A stretch of 52,178 nt of DNA from Octopus bimaculoides. Lineage: Eukaryota. The translations under genes and the position numbers were made by a program. Shown here one piece after another: positions 1-11,525 of this stretch; the stretch's first letter is position 1; each line of letters begins with the position of its first letter. A model generated the notes under the pieces. That model was not told the DNA's origin. It saw only the letters and a list, made by a program, of their open reading frames with translations, and ran no database searches. The stretch is from NCBI RefSeq assembly GCF_001194135.2, contig NC_068983.1, forward strand, positions 81,760,805 through 81,812,982, written 5' to 3'.

Positions 1-33
<33 letters not shown>

Positions 34-35
<2 letters not shown>

Positions 36-192
36 CTTCTTACAGTTTCCGTCTACCAAATCCACTCACAAGGCCTTGGTTGGCCCGAGGCTATAGTAGA
101 AGACACTTGCCTAAGGTGCCATGTAGTGGGACTGAACATGGAACCATGTGGTTGGTAAGCAAGCTACTTACTACCCAGCCACTCCTGTGCCT
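34..192 (-). mobile_element. SINE family A, 5' half (tRNA-like head)
   Basis: Reverse complement of GGTGCAGGAGTGGCTGTGTGGTAAG...GGTTCAGTCCCACTG...GTAGACGGAAACTG, which recurs more than 10 times in the window. Confidence 0.85.
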
Positions 193-329
193 ATGTAGGT
201 GTATTTGTATAAATTTTTCTTGTACACTCTAAATTGTGTCCATGTAAAAACACAATCATCACTGCAATCGATTCTTTGTGTGTGTGTGTGTGTGTTTGTT
301 ATATATGTGTAAATATATATTTATATATG

Positions 330-962
330 TAGTATCTCTCTCAGTCTCTCTCTCTCTCAGTCTCTCTCTCTCTCAGTCTCTCTCTCTCAGTCTCTCTCTC
401 TCTCAGTCTCTCTCTCTCTCAGTCTCTCTCTCTCTCTTNNNNNNNNNNNNNNNNNNNNNNNNNNNNNNNNNNNNNNNNNNNNNNNNNNNNNNNNNNNNNN
501 NNNNNNNNNNNNNNNNNNNNNNNNNNNNNNNNNNNNNNNNNNNNNNNNNNNNNNNNNNNNNNNNNNNNNNNNNNNNNNNNNNNNNNNNNNNNNNNNNNNN
601 NNNNNNNNNNNNNNNNNNNNNNNNNNNNNNNCTCTCTCTCAGTCTCTCTCTCTCTCAGTCTCTCTCTCCCAGTCTCTCTCTCTCCCAGTCTCTCTCTCTC
701 TCAGTCTCTCTCTCTCTCAGTCTCTCTCTCTCTCAGTCTCTCTCTCTCTCTTTCAGTATGTATATGCATGTGCACACACACACTCATACACACATATGCA
801 TAGACAGAGAAATAGAGAGAGAGAGATAGAGAAAGAAAGAGAGAGAGAGATAGAGAAAGAGAGAGAGAGATAGAGAAAGAAAGAGAGAGAGAGATAGAGA
901 AAGAGAGAGAGAGATAGAGAAAGAGAGAGAGAGATAAATAGAAAGATATGTCTGTGGAAGTA

Positions 963-1017
<55 letters not shown>

Positions 1018-1042
1018 TTACCTACCTACCTACCTACCTATC

Positions 1043-1094
<52 letters not shown>

Positions 1095-1095
1095 G

Positions 1096-1129
<34 letters not shown>

Positions 1130-1145
1130 TGTATGTATGTATGTG
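330..1145. repeat. Compound microsatellites: (CT)nCAGT units, (GA)nTAGAGAAA units, (CTAT)n, (GTAT)n
   Basis: Direct reading; interrupted by N gap 439-631. Confidence 0.95.
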
Positions 1146-1564
1146 CAAATACTTGCTGAAAGCAAAATAAAGATAAATCATTTCAATGCATATTGCAGGA
1201 TAGCTTATTAAATTTTTATACTGTTAAAATCATTACTCAATGTTTTATAAAGACCAGATGTTCGTTTTGAAAAAGAATACATCACACCTCAGCAGTAATG
1301 TCATTTGAAATTTGTACAGACGCAGACACAGACAGATGGACACTGACCGACAGACAAACAGACAAACACCCACACACGCACACACATGCACATACATCAG
1401 GGTCTGCTCCTGGTACTGTAGTCAGGAAATGCAATGTTATAAACTAAAGTGATATATTTGAAGCTAGGTATTGATAACACGTATGTACCTTTCACCAACA
1501 GTCTCCCAGAAAAATGACAGATTTCTGCCTGCATGCACAAATTCCCACTGATACCTAACTACAT

Positions 1565-1772
1565 AAACATTTGGCATTTGGAAGGGCATCCAGCTGTAAA
1601 AACCGTGCCAAACTGACCGTGCCTGTGCTTTGCAGAGGGGTTGGTGTTAGGAAGGGCATCCAGCCATAAAAACTCTGCCAAAACAGATACAAAAGTCTGG
1701 TGAAGGATCCTGCCTGGCCAGTTCCTGTCAAACTGTCCAACTCGTGACAGCATGGAAAGAGGACATTAAGCA
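1565..1772 (+). mobile_element. SINE family D-related fragment
   Basis: GGAAGGGCATCCAGC core (twice) and CAGCATGGAAAGAGGACATTAA tail shared with 19600-19828. Confidence 0.7.
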
Positions 1773-1857
1773 CCAAAGAAAAAAAAGATATTTACATGCA
1801 TATATGGATAAATACACATGCATATATACATACATGTATATATACACAAACATGAAT

Positions 1858-1898
<41 letters not shown>

Positions 1899-2464
1899 TA
1901 CATATATATATANNNNNNNNNNNNNNNNNNNNNNNNNNNNNNNNNNNNNNNNNNNNNNNNNNNNNNNNNNNNNNNNNNNNNNNNNNNNNNNNNNNNNNNN
2001 NNNNNNNNNNNNNNNNNNNNNNNNNNNNNNNNNNNNNNNNNNNNNNNNNNNNNNNNNNNNNNNNNNNNNNNNNNNNNNNNNNNNNNNNNNNNNNNNNNNN
2101 NNNNNNNNNNNNNNNNNNNNATATATATATATATGCATACATGTATACATACATATAAACTACTCTGATGTCATTTGAATTTCAGTAAAGGAGCCTTGTT
2201 TCTAGGCTAGAAATTGGCTCTGTCTCCATTGCTAGGAAATTCACCCATCCCTTTACCAGTTAGGCTACATCTCAGATTTACAATATATATTGATGGCCAT
2301 ATATCTACATGAATATGAGTATCAATGTTTCTGTATGTGTTCATGTATATACTCACACATACACACATAAATATATCTATATATTTGGTGAAGAACCTGC
2401 ATTAGTGATATATATGTATCTGTAATGCAGGTTTTATGTTTTTTATATCTGTATATTTTTTAGT

Positions 2465-2520
2465 GTCCTCAGAAAAGTGACACCCTGTATATACAGGGCA
2501 GGCCAAAAGTTACATATAAA
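2465..2520. mobile_element. Two Tc1/mariner-type termini abutting at a TATA site
   Basis: Perfect palindrome CCCTGTATATACAGGG (2483-2498); the CACCCTG-TA end matches the MITE terminus at 18546-18554. Confidence 0.5.
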
Positions 2521-2631
2521 GTCACTGCAATACACTCTGGGATTATCAAAGATATGCTTTAATTTTTCTAAAACTGAATAAGTAAAATAATGATGAATAC
2601 ACACGTCCTTATATGTTATGAACAAAATGAT

Positions 2632-3068
2632 TAATTATAATGGTTAAAATTTTCAGCACAAAGCCAACAATTCTAGGGGATTGGGTAAGTCGATTACATT
2701 GACTCCAGCGCATAACTGGTACTTATTTCATCGACCCCAAAAGGATGAAAAGTAAAGTCGACTTTGGCAGAATTTGAACTCAGAACATTGCATAATTACT
2801 GCTAAGCATGTCACCCAACATGCTAACAATTTTGCCAGCTCACTGCCTTAATAATAATAATAATAATCCTATAGGTACTAGGCCTGAAATTTTGGAGGAG
2901 GGGGAAAGTTGATTACATCGACCTCAGTGTTCCACTGGTACTTAATTTATCAACCCTGAAAGGATGAAAGAACCTTGGTGGAATTTGAACTCAGAGCGTA
3001 TAGACAGACGAAATACCGCTAAGCATTTTGTCCATTGTGCTAATGATTCTACTACTTCACCAACCTTA
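2632..3068 (-). mobile_element. Two SINE family B copies separated by (AAT)n
   Basis: Reverse complement of the tRNA-like head AAGGCGGCGAGCTGGCAGAA...GAGTTCAAATTCC (B box) and body GTCGACTTTGCCTTTCATCC...AAGTACCAGT. Confidence 0.9.
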
Positions 3069-3086
3069 ATAATAGTAATAATAATG

Positions 3087-3139
<53 letters not shown>

Positions 3140-3151
3140 TATTATTATTAT

Positions 3152-3186
3152 TGTTCAGTAGTTTTATTTTTATAATGTGCTTTCAC
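3152..3186 (-). mobile_element. 3' tip of an R4/Dong-like element (subfamily 2) running into a gap
   Basis: TTCAGTAGTTTTATTTTTATAATGTGCTTTCAC matches 11521-11553 and has an (AAT)n tail on the element strand. Confidence 0.7.
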
Positions 3187-3970
3187 NNNNNNNNNNNNNN
3201 NNNNNNNNNNNNNNNNNNNNNNNNNNNNNNNNNNNNNNNNNNNNNNNNNNNNNNNNNNNNNNNNNNNNNNNNNNNNNNNNNNNNNNNNNNNNNNNNNNNN
3301 NNNNNNNNNNNNNNNNNNNNNNNNNNNNNNNNNNNNNNNNNNNNNNNNNNNNNNNNNNNNNNNNNNNNNNNNNNNNNNNNNNNNNNNNNNNNNNNNNNNN
3401 NNNNNNNNNNNNNNNNNNNNNNNNNNNNNNNNNNNNNNNNNNNNNNNNNNNNNNNNNNNNNNNNNNNNNNNNNNNNNNNNNNNNNNNNNNNNNNNNNNNN
3501 NNNNNNNNNNNNNNNNNNNNNNNNNNNNNNNNNNNNNNNNNNNNNNNNNNNNNNNNNNNNNNNNNNNNNNNNNNNNNNNNNNNNNNNNNNNNNNNNNNNN
3601 NNNNNNNNNNNNNNNNNNNNNNNNNNNNNNNNNNNNNNNNNNNNNNNNNNNNNNNNNNNNNNNNNNNNNNNNNNNNNNNNNNNNNNNNNNNNNNNNNNNN
3701 NNNNNNNNNNNNNNNNNNNNNNNNNNNNNNNNNNNNNNNNNNNNNNNNNNNNNNNNNNNNNNNNNNNNNNNNNNNNNNNNNNNNNNNNNNNNNNNNNNNN
3801 NNNNNNNNNNNNNNNNNNNNNNNNNNNNNNNNNNNNNNNNNNNNNNNNNNNNNNNNNNNNNNNNNNNNNNNNNNNNNNNNNNNNNNNNNNNNNNNNNNNN
3901 NNNNNNNNNNNNNNNNNNNNNNNNNNNNNNNNNNNNNNNNNNNNNNNNNNNNNNNNNNNNNNNNNNNNNN

Positions 3971-4035
3971 ACTAGCAAGCCTGTCTTTGTCCAGTTCAGA
4001 GTAAAAAGTGATAAAAATTTAAAATTGCTGTTGAA
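3971..4035 (-). mobile_element. PLE-type repeat family P, upstream part with the first half of a hammerhead-like motif, cut by a gap
   Basis: Reverse complement AATTTTAAATTTTTATCACTTTTTACTCTGAACTGGACAAAGACAGGCTTGCT aligns to 26817-26872. Confidence 0.6.
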
Positions 4036-4036
4036 A

Positions 4037-4085
<49 letters not shown>

Positions 4086-4103
4086 CATTATTATTACTAT
4101 TAT

Positions 4104-4264
4104 TAAGGTTGGTGAAGTAGTAGAATCATTAGCACAATGGACAAAATGCTTAGCGGTATTTCGTCTGTCTATACGCTCTGAGTTCAAATTCCACCAAGGT
4201 TCTTTCATCCTTTCAGGGTTGATAAATTAAGTACCAGTGGAACACTGAGGTCGATGTAATCAAC
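4104..4264 (+). mobile_element. SINE family B, exact inverted copy of 2908-3068
   Basis: Identical including private substitutions; the ORF track gives the same peptide on opposite strands. Confidence 0.9.
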
Positions 4265-4350
4265 CAATAAAATATCTATTGCAATCGCATCGCGCTCTTC
4301 GCCTTGTCTGCTTACCTTTGTGAAGAGTTTTGTTAATCCTTTTAAAACAT
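4260..4350 (+). mobile_element. PLE-type repeat family P, 3' part
   Basis: AATCGCATCGCGCTCTTCGCCTTG...TTTGTGAAGAGTT...AATCCTTTTAAAA aligns to 26905-26972. Confidence 0.7.
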
Positions 4351-4380
4351 AATGATAATAATAACAATAATAATAATAAT

Positions 4381-4875
4381 GGTCATAGTCTTAACTGAGA
4401 AAGGAAACAAACTATGTTGGATCGGAAGCCGGACATAGTCTTAATTGAGAAAGAAAACAAACTATGCTGGATTGGAAGCTAGACATAGTCTTAATTGAGA
4501 AAAGAAACAAACTATGCTGGATCATAGATATAGCATGCCCAGCTGACAACAAGGTATGTGATAAGGAAGAAAGAAAAGTTGAGAGATATGACAGGTTAGC
4601 ATAGGAGGTTAAGCAGTTGTGGTTGATGAGAGAGGTAGCAGTAGTACCAATAATTGTTGGAGCCCTGGAAACAGTGAGCAAAAATCTCAAGAAGTACATG
4701 GAACAAATAGGGGCTGCAATAAGGGTGGAGCACTTGCAGAAAACAGCACTGCTTGGAACTGCTCGAATACTCTGGAAGGTGCTCTTAAAATAAGAGGTGT
4801 TACCTTCGTTCACTGGTAGTGAACAGCTGACAGTGTAGTACATCTCCAGCATTAGAAGCTGTGCAAAGGCAATTA
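4381..4875 (+). mobile_element. 5'-truncated R4/Dong-like non-LTR retrotransposon (restriction-like endonuclease C-terminus plus 3' UTR)
   Basis: Translates (R-K-P)DIVLIEKRNKLCWIIDIACPADNKVCDKEERKVERYDRLA*EVKQLWLMREVAVVPIIVGALETVSKNLKKYMEQIGAAIRVEHLQKTALLGTARILWKVLLK* (stop 4791-4793). PD-(D/E)xK-type motif, one internal stop, (TAA)n on both sides. Confidence 0.85.
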
Positions 4876-4877
4876 TG

Positions 4878-4908
<31 letters not shown>

Positions 4909-4919
4909 TAATAATAATG

Positions 4920-5468
4920 TTAATGCAGTACCAGGCAGTGGCTCTCATGGCTTCTGATCTTAACTGATTGGAAGTGTTATGTACATTGTTTTGTCTTGGT
5001 ATAAAGATGGGCTCCAGTAAATATTCTGCTCAATACCACAGATTTGCTTGCCAGTTATTTGATCTTAATCAGTTGAGCATGTCCCTTGGTGGCTGACAAT
5101 ATGTGCATCTCTGATCATGAGCAGAAGCAGTGGGGGAGCATCATAGCCATGTGTTGAGAGGAATTCTTTGGAGTTTGAATAATTCACTTCTGGAAACATG
5201 GGGGTTTCATTCAACATCCGTAAACAATCCTTATTCAAGGACCATTTGAGTGGGATGGGCTACTTGACCTGAAGTAAATTCTAACTGGGCCCTACCTGCA
5301 AGGTCATGCACTGTTTATCTTGATATGAGATGACTATGTTCAGCACCTATGGTTGTGATGCATATGCCTAGTGTACCCTTATCAGACAGGGTACTCATGA
5401 TGGGTATACTGGGCTTCATATATTTTACACCAGTGTCACTTTGATGACATGCTTTGCTCTCTCACTCA
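4920..5468 (+). mobile_element. Non-coding interspersed element family C (about 550 bp)
   Basis: ATGCAGTACCAGGCAGTGGCTCTCATGG...CTCTCTCACTC-(AAT)n; four copies in the window. Confidence 0.9.
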
Positions 5469-5484
5469 ATAATAATAATAATAA

Positions 5485-5697
5485 TCCTTTCTACTGGAAG
5501 CACAACATTTCAAATTTGAGGGAAGGGATTAAGTCAATTACATTGATCTCAGTGCATAAGTGGTATTTATTTAATCGACCCCGAAAGGATGAAAGACAAA
5601 GTTGACCTCTGCAGAATTTGAACTCAGAACATAGTAGCAGATGAAATACCACTAAGCATTTCGACTGACTTGCTAACGATTCTGCCAGCTCACCACC

Positions 5698-5699
<2 letters not shown>
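5485..5699 (-). mobile_element. SINE family B
   Basis: Same head and body as other B copies; followed by (AAT)n(GAT)n(GAC)n(AAT)n to about 5880. Confidence 0.9.
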
Positions 5700-5761
<62 letters not shown>

Positions 5762-5814
5762 TGATGATGATGATGATGATGATGACGATGACGATGACGA
5801 CGACGACGACGACG

Positions 5815-5863
<49 letters not shown>

Positions 5864-6103
5864 TAATAATAATACTATAAATGAAATATCAAGTATTTTG
5901 GTGTGTGACTTTTGACCCATCCTGTACACAGACACAGACACAGACACACACATACAAACATACACACACATGTATAACTCTATTGACAATATTGTTGTCA
6001 TACATCGCTGGTCACAATGCACTTCCTTGTGTAGTTGTAATTTTTGAATGATGCCACCCTAGTAGCAAGGCAGGCAGGCAGGCAGGCTAATGTTCCACCA
6101 GAA

Positions 6104-6238
6104 TGAAATACCAGTCCATTGCAGGCTTATCCATTTGCAGGTGAACGAACTGCCCAAGAACACAACACACTGTGCGTCTGGTAATTGAAACCATGATCTA
6201 GTGTTTGGGAGTGCAACACCTTAACTACTAGGCTACAC
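6104..6238 (-). mobile_element. Degenerate tRNA-headed SINE (family E)
   Basis: CCAGTCCATTGCAGG...CCCAAGAACACAAC...GAAACCATGATC shared with 47745-47955. Confidence 0.55.
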
Positions 6239-7071
6239 ACTTCCACACACACACACACAAACACGTGTATTCTTTGTTTTCAATTCATTCTAAACAGAAG
6301 ATGCTGTTTTGCTCCTGAGACTCAAAGCTCCAACATTAGAATTTAGACATCAACAACAGTGTCATGTTACGTGCTGAATTTTTGAGAAGACTTGCATATT
6401 TTCAGTGACCCATACATGAATTGGTAATTAACAGGGCCCGACCCTATTTACTACAAGGATCCTGAAATCATTTAGAAAGTGATTTCATTTCCATCAGCTG
6501 CTGCTCCTACTGTTGCCACTGCCACTTCTATTGCTACCATTTGTTGTTGTTGCTCTTGTTCTTCTTCTTGTTCTTCTTCGTCTTCTTCTTCGTCTTTCTG
6601 GTCTTCTTCTTCTTCTTCTTCTTCTTCTTCTTCTTCTTCTTCTTCTTCTTCTTCTTCTTCTTCTTCTTCTTCTTCNNNNNNNNNNNNNNNNNNNNNNNNN
6701 NNNNNNNNNNNNNNNNNNNNNNNNNNNNNNNNNNNNNNNNNNNNNNNNNNNNNNNNNNNNNNNNNNNNNNNNNNNNNNNNNNNNNNNNNNNNNNNNNNNN
6801 NNNNNNNNNNNNNNNNNNNNNNNNNNNNNNNNNNNNNNNNNNNNNNNNNNNNNNNNNNNNNNNNNNNNNNNNNNNNNNNNNNNNNNNNNNNNTGGAAGAA
6901 AACAGAAAAATATTAAAAAAAAAAACGAAAAATAAAACAAAAGAAAAAAAAGAAGACACAGCAGTAATTAAAAATCCTGCATCAATTATTATTTGTTTAA
7001 TTTTTTTCCCTCCTTTCATTGATTTATTTTCAAAGCCATCTTTTTTTGTTTTTGTTTTAGCATAATTAACT

Positions 7072-7123
<52 letters not shown>

Positions 7124-7679
7124 CATCATCATCATCATCATTGTTGTTATTGCTGTTATAATTATTATTATTATTATTGTTTTTATGATTATTATGATTA
7201 TTATGATTATTGTTACTATTATTATTATTATTATTATTGTTATGACTATTAACCTTTCCCACCTTATCACCCCACTAAATCTCTCCCTCCTTACACTTTG
7301 TTCCATTTTCATGCATTGTCATTATCACCACCACCACCACCACCACCACCATCGTCATTGTCATTGTCGTCGTCATCGTCATCATCGTCATCATCATCAT
7401 CATCATCATTGTCATCATCGCTGTAAAAATAACCAAGCACGTAAGGTTCTGAGCTTTTGTCTTTCTTGCGTCGTTCTGTTTATGCAGTGGTAACACATTT
7501 TACACTCCTTGATATCAAGGTTAATTGATAAATTCTTGTATTTCAACAACTACAACAATCACAACAATAATAATGAAGATATTGATAAGGAGGTAGTGGG
7601 GAGAGGCGATAGCAATAATATGGAAGATAATGGTGAAAATGGGATATCCTCATCAAGAAGAACAACAATAATGGATTCA

Positions 7680-8372
7680 AATTTTTGCATTGGGCCTTCA
7701 GTTCTTGAGGGGAGGGAGGAGTCAATTACATCAACCTGAGTACATAACAGGTACTTATTTCACTGACCCAGAAAGGATGAAAAGCAAAGCAGGCCTTGGT
7801 GGAATTTGAGCTCAGAATATGAAGACAGATGAAATGCTGCCAAGCATTATGTCAGGCATCCCAACGGTTCTGCTAGCCTGCCACATTAAGAACAACAATA
7901 ATAACCCTTTCTACAATTGGCACAAGGCCTGGAATTCTGCAGGGGAAGAGGTAGGTTGAACACATTGACTTTAATGTTCAACTGATACTTATCTCATTGA
8001 CCTTGGAAAGATGAAAGTAAAAGTTAACCTCAGTGGTGTTTAGACTCAGAACATAGAAATGGGTGAAATGCTGCTAAGCATTTTGTGTGTGTGTGGCGGG
8101 GTGTTAACTAAAGGGTCTGCTAGCTTATTGCCTTAACAACAAGAATAAAAACATTGGTTTCAAATTTTGACACAAAGCCAAGACTTTCACGGGAGGTGGT
8201 AGCCGATTACATTAACCCTGGTGCTCAACTGTTGCTTATTTTATTGAAACCCCACCCAAAAAGATTAAAGGTAAAGCTAACCCTGACAGAATTTGAGGTC
8301 AGAAGGTAAAGATGGATAAAATGCTTCAGAGCATATTTTTTCCAGCTTGGTAATGATTCTGTCAGTTTGGCA
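7680..8372 (-). mobile_element. Three diverged SINE B copies in tandem (about 7680-7890, 7905-8137, 8153-8372)
   Basis: Repeated GGCACAAGGCC...TTACAT...GTACTTAT...GGATGAAA...CTCAGAA...GCTAAGCAT pattern with AAT/AAC spacers. Confidence 0.8.
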
Positions 8373-8416
8373 ATATAATAATAGTTGTTTCATTTTGTTT
8401 AACACTTTAATAAGTA

Positions 8417-8598
8417 CATTCATCATCATCATCATCATCGTCGTTTAACGTCCGCTTTCCATGCTGGCATGGGTTGGACGATTTGACTGAGGACTGGTGG
8501 ACCAGGAGGCGACACCAGGGTCCAATCTGATTTGGCAGAGTTTCTACAGCTGGATGCCCTTCCTAACGCCAACCACTCCGAGAGTGTAGTGGGTGCTT
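8417..8598 (-). mobile_element. SINE family D, 3' part with (GAT)n tail
   Basis: CATCATCGTTTAACGTCCGCTTTCCATGC...GGATGCCCTTCCTAACGCCAACCACTCCGAGAGTGTAGTGGGTGCTT; recurs at 18052, 19600, 32862, 44115. Confidence 0.9.
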
Positions 8599-8607
8599 GT
8601 TTGTTGT

Positions 8608-8655
8608 TACCACAACGTTTCAGCTGATTTACTCTCCAGCCTTCATCAAGTGGTA
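8608..8655 (-). ncRNA. Minimal type I hammerhead-like motif (PLE-type)
   Basis: Minus strand: TACCAC | TTGATGA | A | GGCTGG-AGAGTAAA-TCAGCT | GAA | ACGT | T | GTGGTA. 6-bp stem I, stem II, palindromic stem III, GUU site; C3 is U. Confidence 0.7.
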
Positions 8656-8744
8656 GAATTTTGAGACCAACCCTGGGTCCTCATTCCTAGAACATTACTT
8701 TAATAGTAGTGTACTACTAGTGATAGAAATACTACTAATAATAA

Positions 8745-9392
8745 TTGCTTTGGATTTAAGCCCAAGGCAGACAATTTTGAGGTGTGAATTAGTTGACCGT
8801 ATCAACATCAGTACTTGATTAGTACTCTGCTTCATTAACCCCCCCAAAAGAATGAAAGGTAAACTTGACTTTGACAGTATTTGAACTCAGAGTGCAAAGA
8901 GTCAGGATAAGTATTTCTCCAATCCACTAATAATTCCACTAATCATCATTCTTATAATAACCCTTCGACTATAGACACAAAGCCTGAAATTTTGTGGGTT
9001 GGGGCCAGTCAATTACATTGATCCCAGTGCTCAACTGGTACTTAATTTATCGACCCCGGAATTTGAACTCAGAATGTAGCGGCAGACGAAATACAGCTAA
9101 GCATTTCGCCCGGCATGCTAAAGTTTCTGCCTGCTCACCACCCTCATCACACCAACTACAATAATAATGATTTCAAATTTTGGCACAATGCTGGCAATTT
9201 CAGAGAAGGGAGTCAGTTGTTTAAATTAATCCCCGGTGCTTAACTGATACTTATTTTCATCGACCCCCCCCCCCAAGAGGATAAAATGCAGTGTGCAGCT
9301 TGGTGGAAATTGAACTGAGAATGCAAAAACGGCTGAAATACAGTAAAGCGTTTTTGTCTGGCATGCTAATGATGCTGCCAGCTCACCACCTT
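8745..9392 (-). mobile_element. Three more SINE B copies in tandem (about 8745-8950, 8960-9150, 9170-9392)
   Basis: Same pattern as 7680-8372, same orientation, AAT spacers. Confidence 0.8.
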
Positions 9393-9652
9393 TATAACAG
9401 AAGTTGTGGTAGTGGAAATAATGAGAGTGTGAATGTAGCATGATGCTGGTAGCTGGAGGAAGAGCCAGTGGGTAATGATGGCAACAGGAGAACAGTTTCT
9501 CTTTATTTAACAAGCATCCATGCATCAGTTAGCTGGTGCATAAGATCAAAAGTGGACTAACTGGAAGCAATTAATGGAAGTTGGGTGCTTATGTGTAATG
9601 AAAGCGAAACACACAGTAACTAAACAGCATTGATTGAAGCAGTTAATTATTA

Positions 9653-9726
<74 letters not shown>

Positions 9727-10186
9727 GAGTGAGAGAGCAGTGCATGCCATCAAAGTGACACTGGGGTAAAATATACGAAGCCCATTATACACATCATGAC
9801 TACCCATCTGATAAGGGTACACCAGGCACATGCATCACAACCATATGTACGCGACGCGGTGATCTCATATCAAGATAAACAGTGCATGACCTCGCAAGTG
9901 GAGCCCAGTTAGAATTTTCTTCAGGTCGAGTAGCCCGTCTCGCTCAAAAGGTCCCTGAATAAGGTTTGTTTAAGGATGTTGAGCAAAACACCCATGTTTC
10001 CAAAGGTGAATTATTCAAACCCCAAAGAATTCCTCTCAACACATGGCTATGATACTCCCCTACTACTTCTGCTCATGATCAGAGATGCACATATCGTCAG
10101 CCACCAAGGGACATGCTCAACTGGTTAAGGTCAAACAACTAACAAGCAAATCTGTGGTATTAAGCAGCATATTTACTGTAGCCCAC
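9727..10186 (-). mobile_element. Family C element, truncated at one end
   Basis: Reverse complement of 4920-5468, lacking about the first 90 nt; embedded in (ATT)n. Confidence 0.9.
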
Positions 10187-10243
<57 letters not shown>

Positions 10244-10334
10244 CATCATATACGCATAGATTTATTAGTACTGTTATTCTTATTTATTATCCTTATCATT
10301 AGCTTAATTGTTATTGACAATATTACTATTGTTT

Positions 10335-10548
10335 AAAGTAACGAGCTGGCAGAGATATTAGCATGCCGGGCGAAAAGCTTAGCGGTATTTCATCTCTCTT
10401 TGTGTTCTGAGTTCAAATTCTGCCGAGGTCGACTTTGCTTTTCATACTTCCAGGGTCGATAAATTAAGTACCAGTGAAATACTGGGGTTGATGAAATCGA
10501 CTAGCCCCCTCCCCCAAAATTTCAAGCCATGTACTTTCAGTAGAAAAG

Positions 10549-10592
<44 letters not shown>

Positions 10593-11014
10593 GGCAGTAA
10601 TCTGGCAGAGATATTAGCATGCCGGGCGAAATACTTAGCGATATTTCATCTCTCTTTATGTTCTGAGTTCAAATTCTGCCGAGGTCAACTTTTCCTTTCA
10701 ACCTTTTGGGGTCGATAAATTAAGTACCAGTTACGTACTAGGGTCAATCTAATCAACTGGCCCTTCCCCCAAAATTTTGGACCTTGTGCCTAGAGTAGAA
10801 AAGAATATTACTGTTGTTTATCTTGCTGTTGATATTATACTTATTTGTATTAATATAGAATCTTTTTCTTCCTCCTCCTTTTCCTTCTCTAAGGTCGACT
10901 TTGCCTTTCATCATTTTGGGAGGTCTATAAAATAAGTACCAGTTGAACATTGGGGTTGATGTAATCAACTTACTTCCTCCTCCTAATATTGCAGGACTTG
11001 TGTCAAAATCTGAA

Positions 11015-11015
<1 letters not shown>
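10335..11015 (+). mobile_element. Three SINE B copies (about 10335-10550, 10590-10810, partial 10890-11015)
   Basis: GAGCTGGCAGAGATATTAGCATGCCGGGCGAAA...GAGTTCAAATTCTGCCGAGG; (ATT)n spacers. Confidence 0.9.
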
Positions 11016-11063
<48 letters not shown>

Positions 11064-11095
11064 TTGTTATTATTATTACTATTATTATTATCATA

Positions 11096-11233
11096 TTTTA
11101 AAAAGGATTGATGTAACTCTTCACAAAGGTAAACGGTCAAGATGAAGAGCACAATTTGATTGTCAGATATTTTATTAGTTGAACTTCAACTTATAAAATA
11201 TCTTACAATCGAATCGCACTCTTCGTCTTGACT
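11096..11233. repeat. Head-to-head inverted pair of family P 3' segments (about 47-bp arms)
   Basis: GTCAAGATGAAGAGCACAATTTGATTGTCAGATATTTTATTAGTTGAAC | TTCAACTTATAAAATATCTTACAATCGAATCGCACTCTTCGTCTTGAC. Confidence 0.85.
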
Positions 11234-11238
11234 ATTAA

Positions 11239-11284
<46 letters not shown>

Positions 11285-11287
<3 letters not shown>

Positions 11288-11489
11288 TTATTTCTTTATT
11301 GCCCACAAGGGGCTTAACACAGAGGGGACAAACAAAGGGATTAAGTCTATTGCATCAACCGCAGTGCGTAACTGGTACTTATTTTATCGACCCCGAAAGG
11401 ATGAAAGGCAAAGTCGACCTCGGCGAAATTTGAACTCAGAACGTAACAACAGACGAAATACCACTAAGCATTTCACCCGGCGTGCTAAC

Positions 11490-11490
<1 letters not shown>
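11285..11490 (-). mobile_element. SINE B, subfamily with TTTCTTTATTGCCCACAAGGGG tail
   Basis: Near-identical to 38160-38391; CpG-rich, so probably young. Confidence 0.9.

Positions 11491-11519
<29 letters not shown>

Positions 11520-11525
<6 letters not shown>

Noticed and set aside
2175-2225. Possible hammerhead relic AGCC...GGCT-A-GAAA
   Set aside because: No recognisable core or stem I
4384-9392. CRISPR-like periodicity (50-bp repeats, 210-240-bp SINE stacks)
   Set aside because: Eukaryotic context, no unique spacers and no cas genes; explained by retroelement biology
10335-10440. tRNA-like sequences with A/B boxes
   Set aside because: SINE heads with insertions and no intact cloverleaf; not tRNA genes
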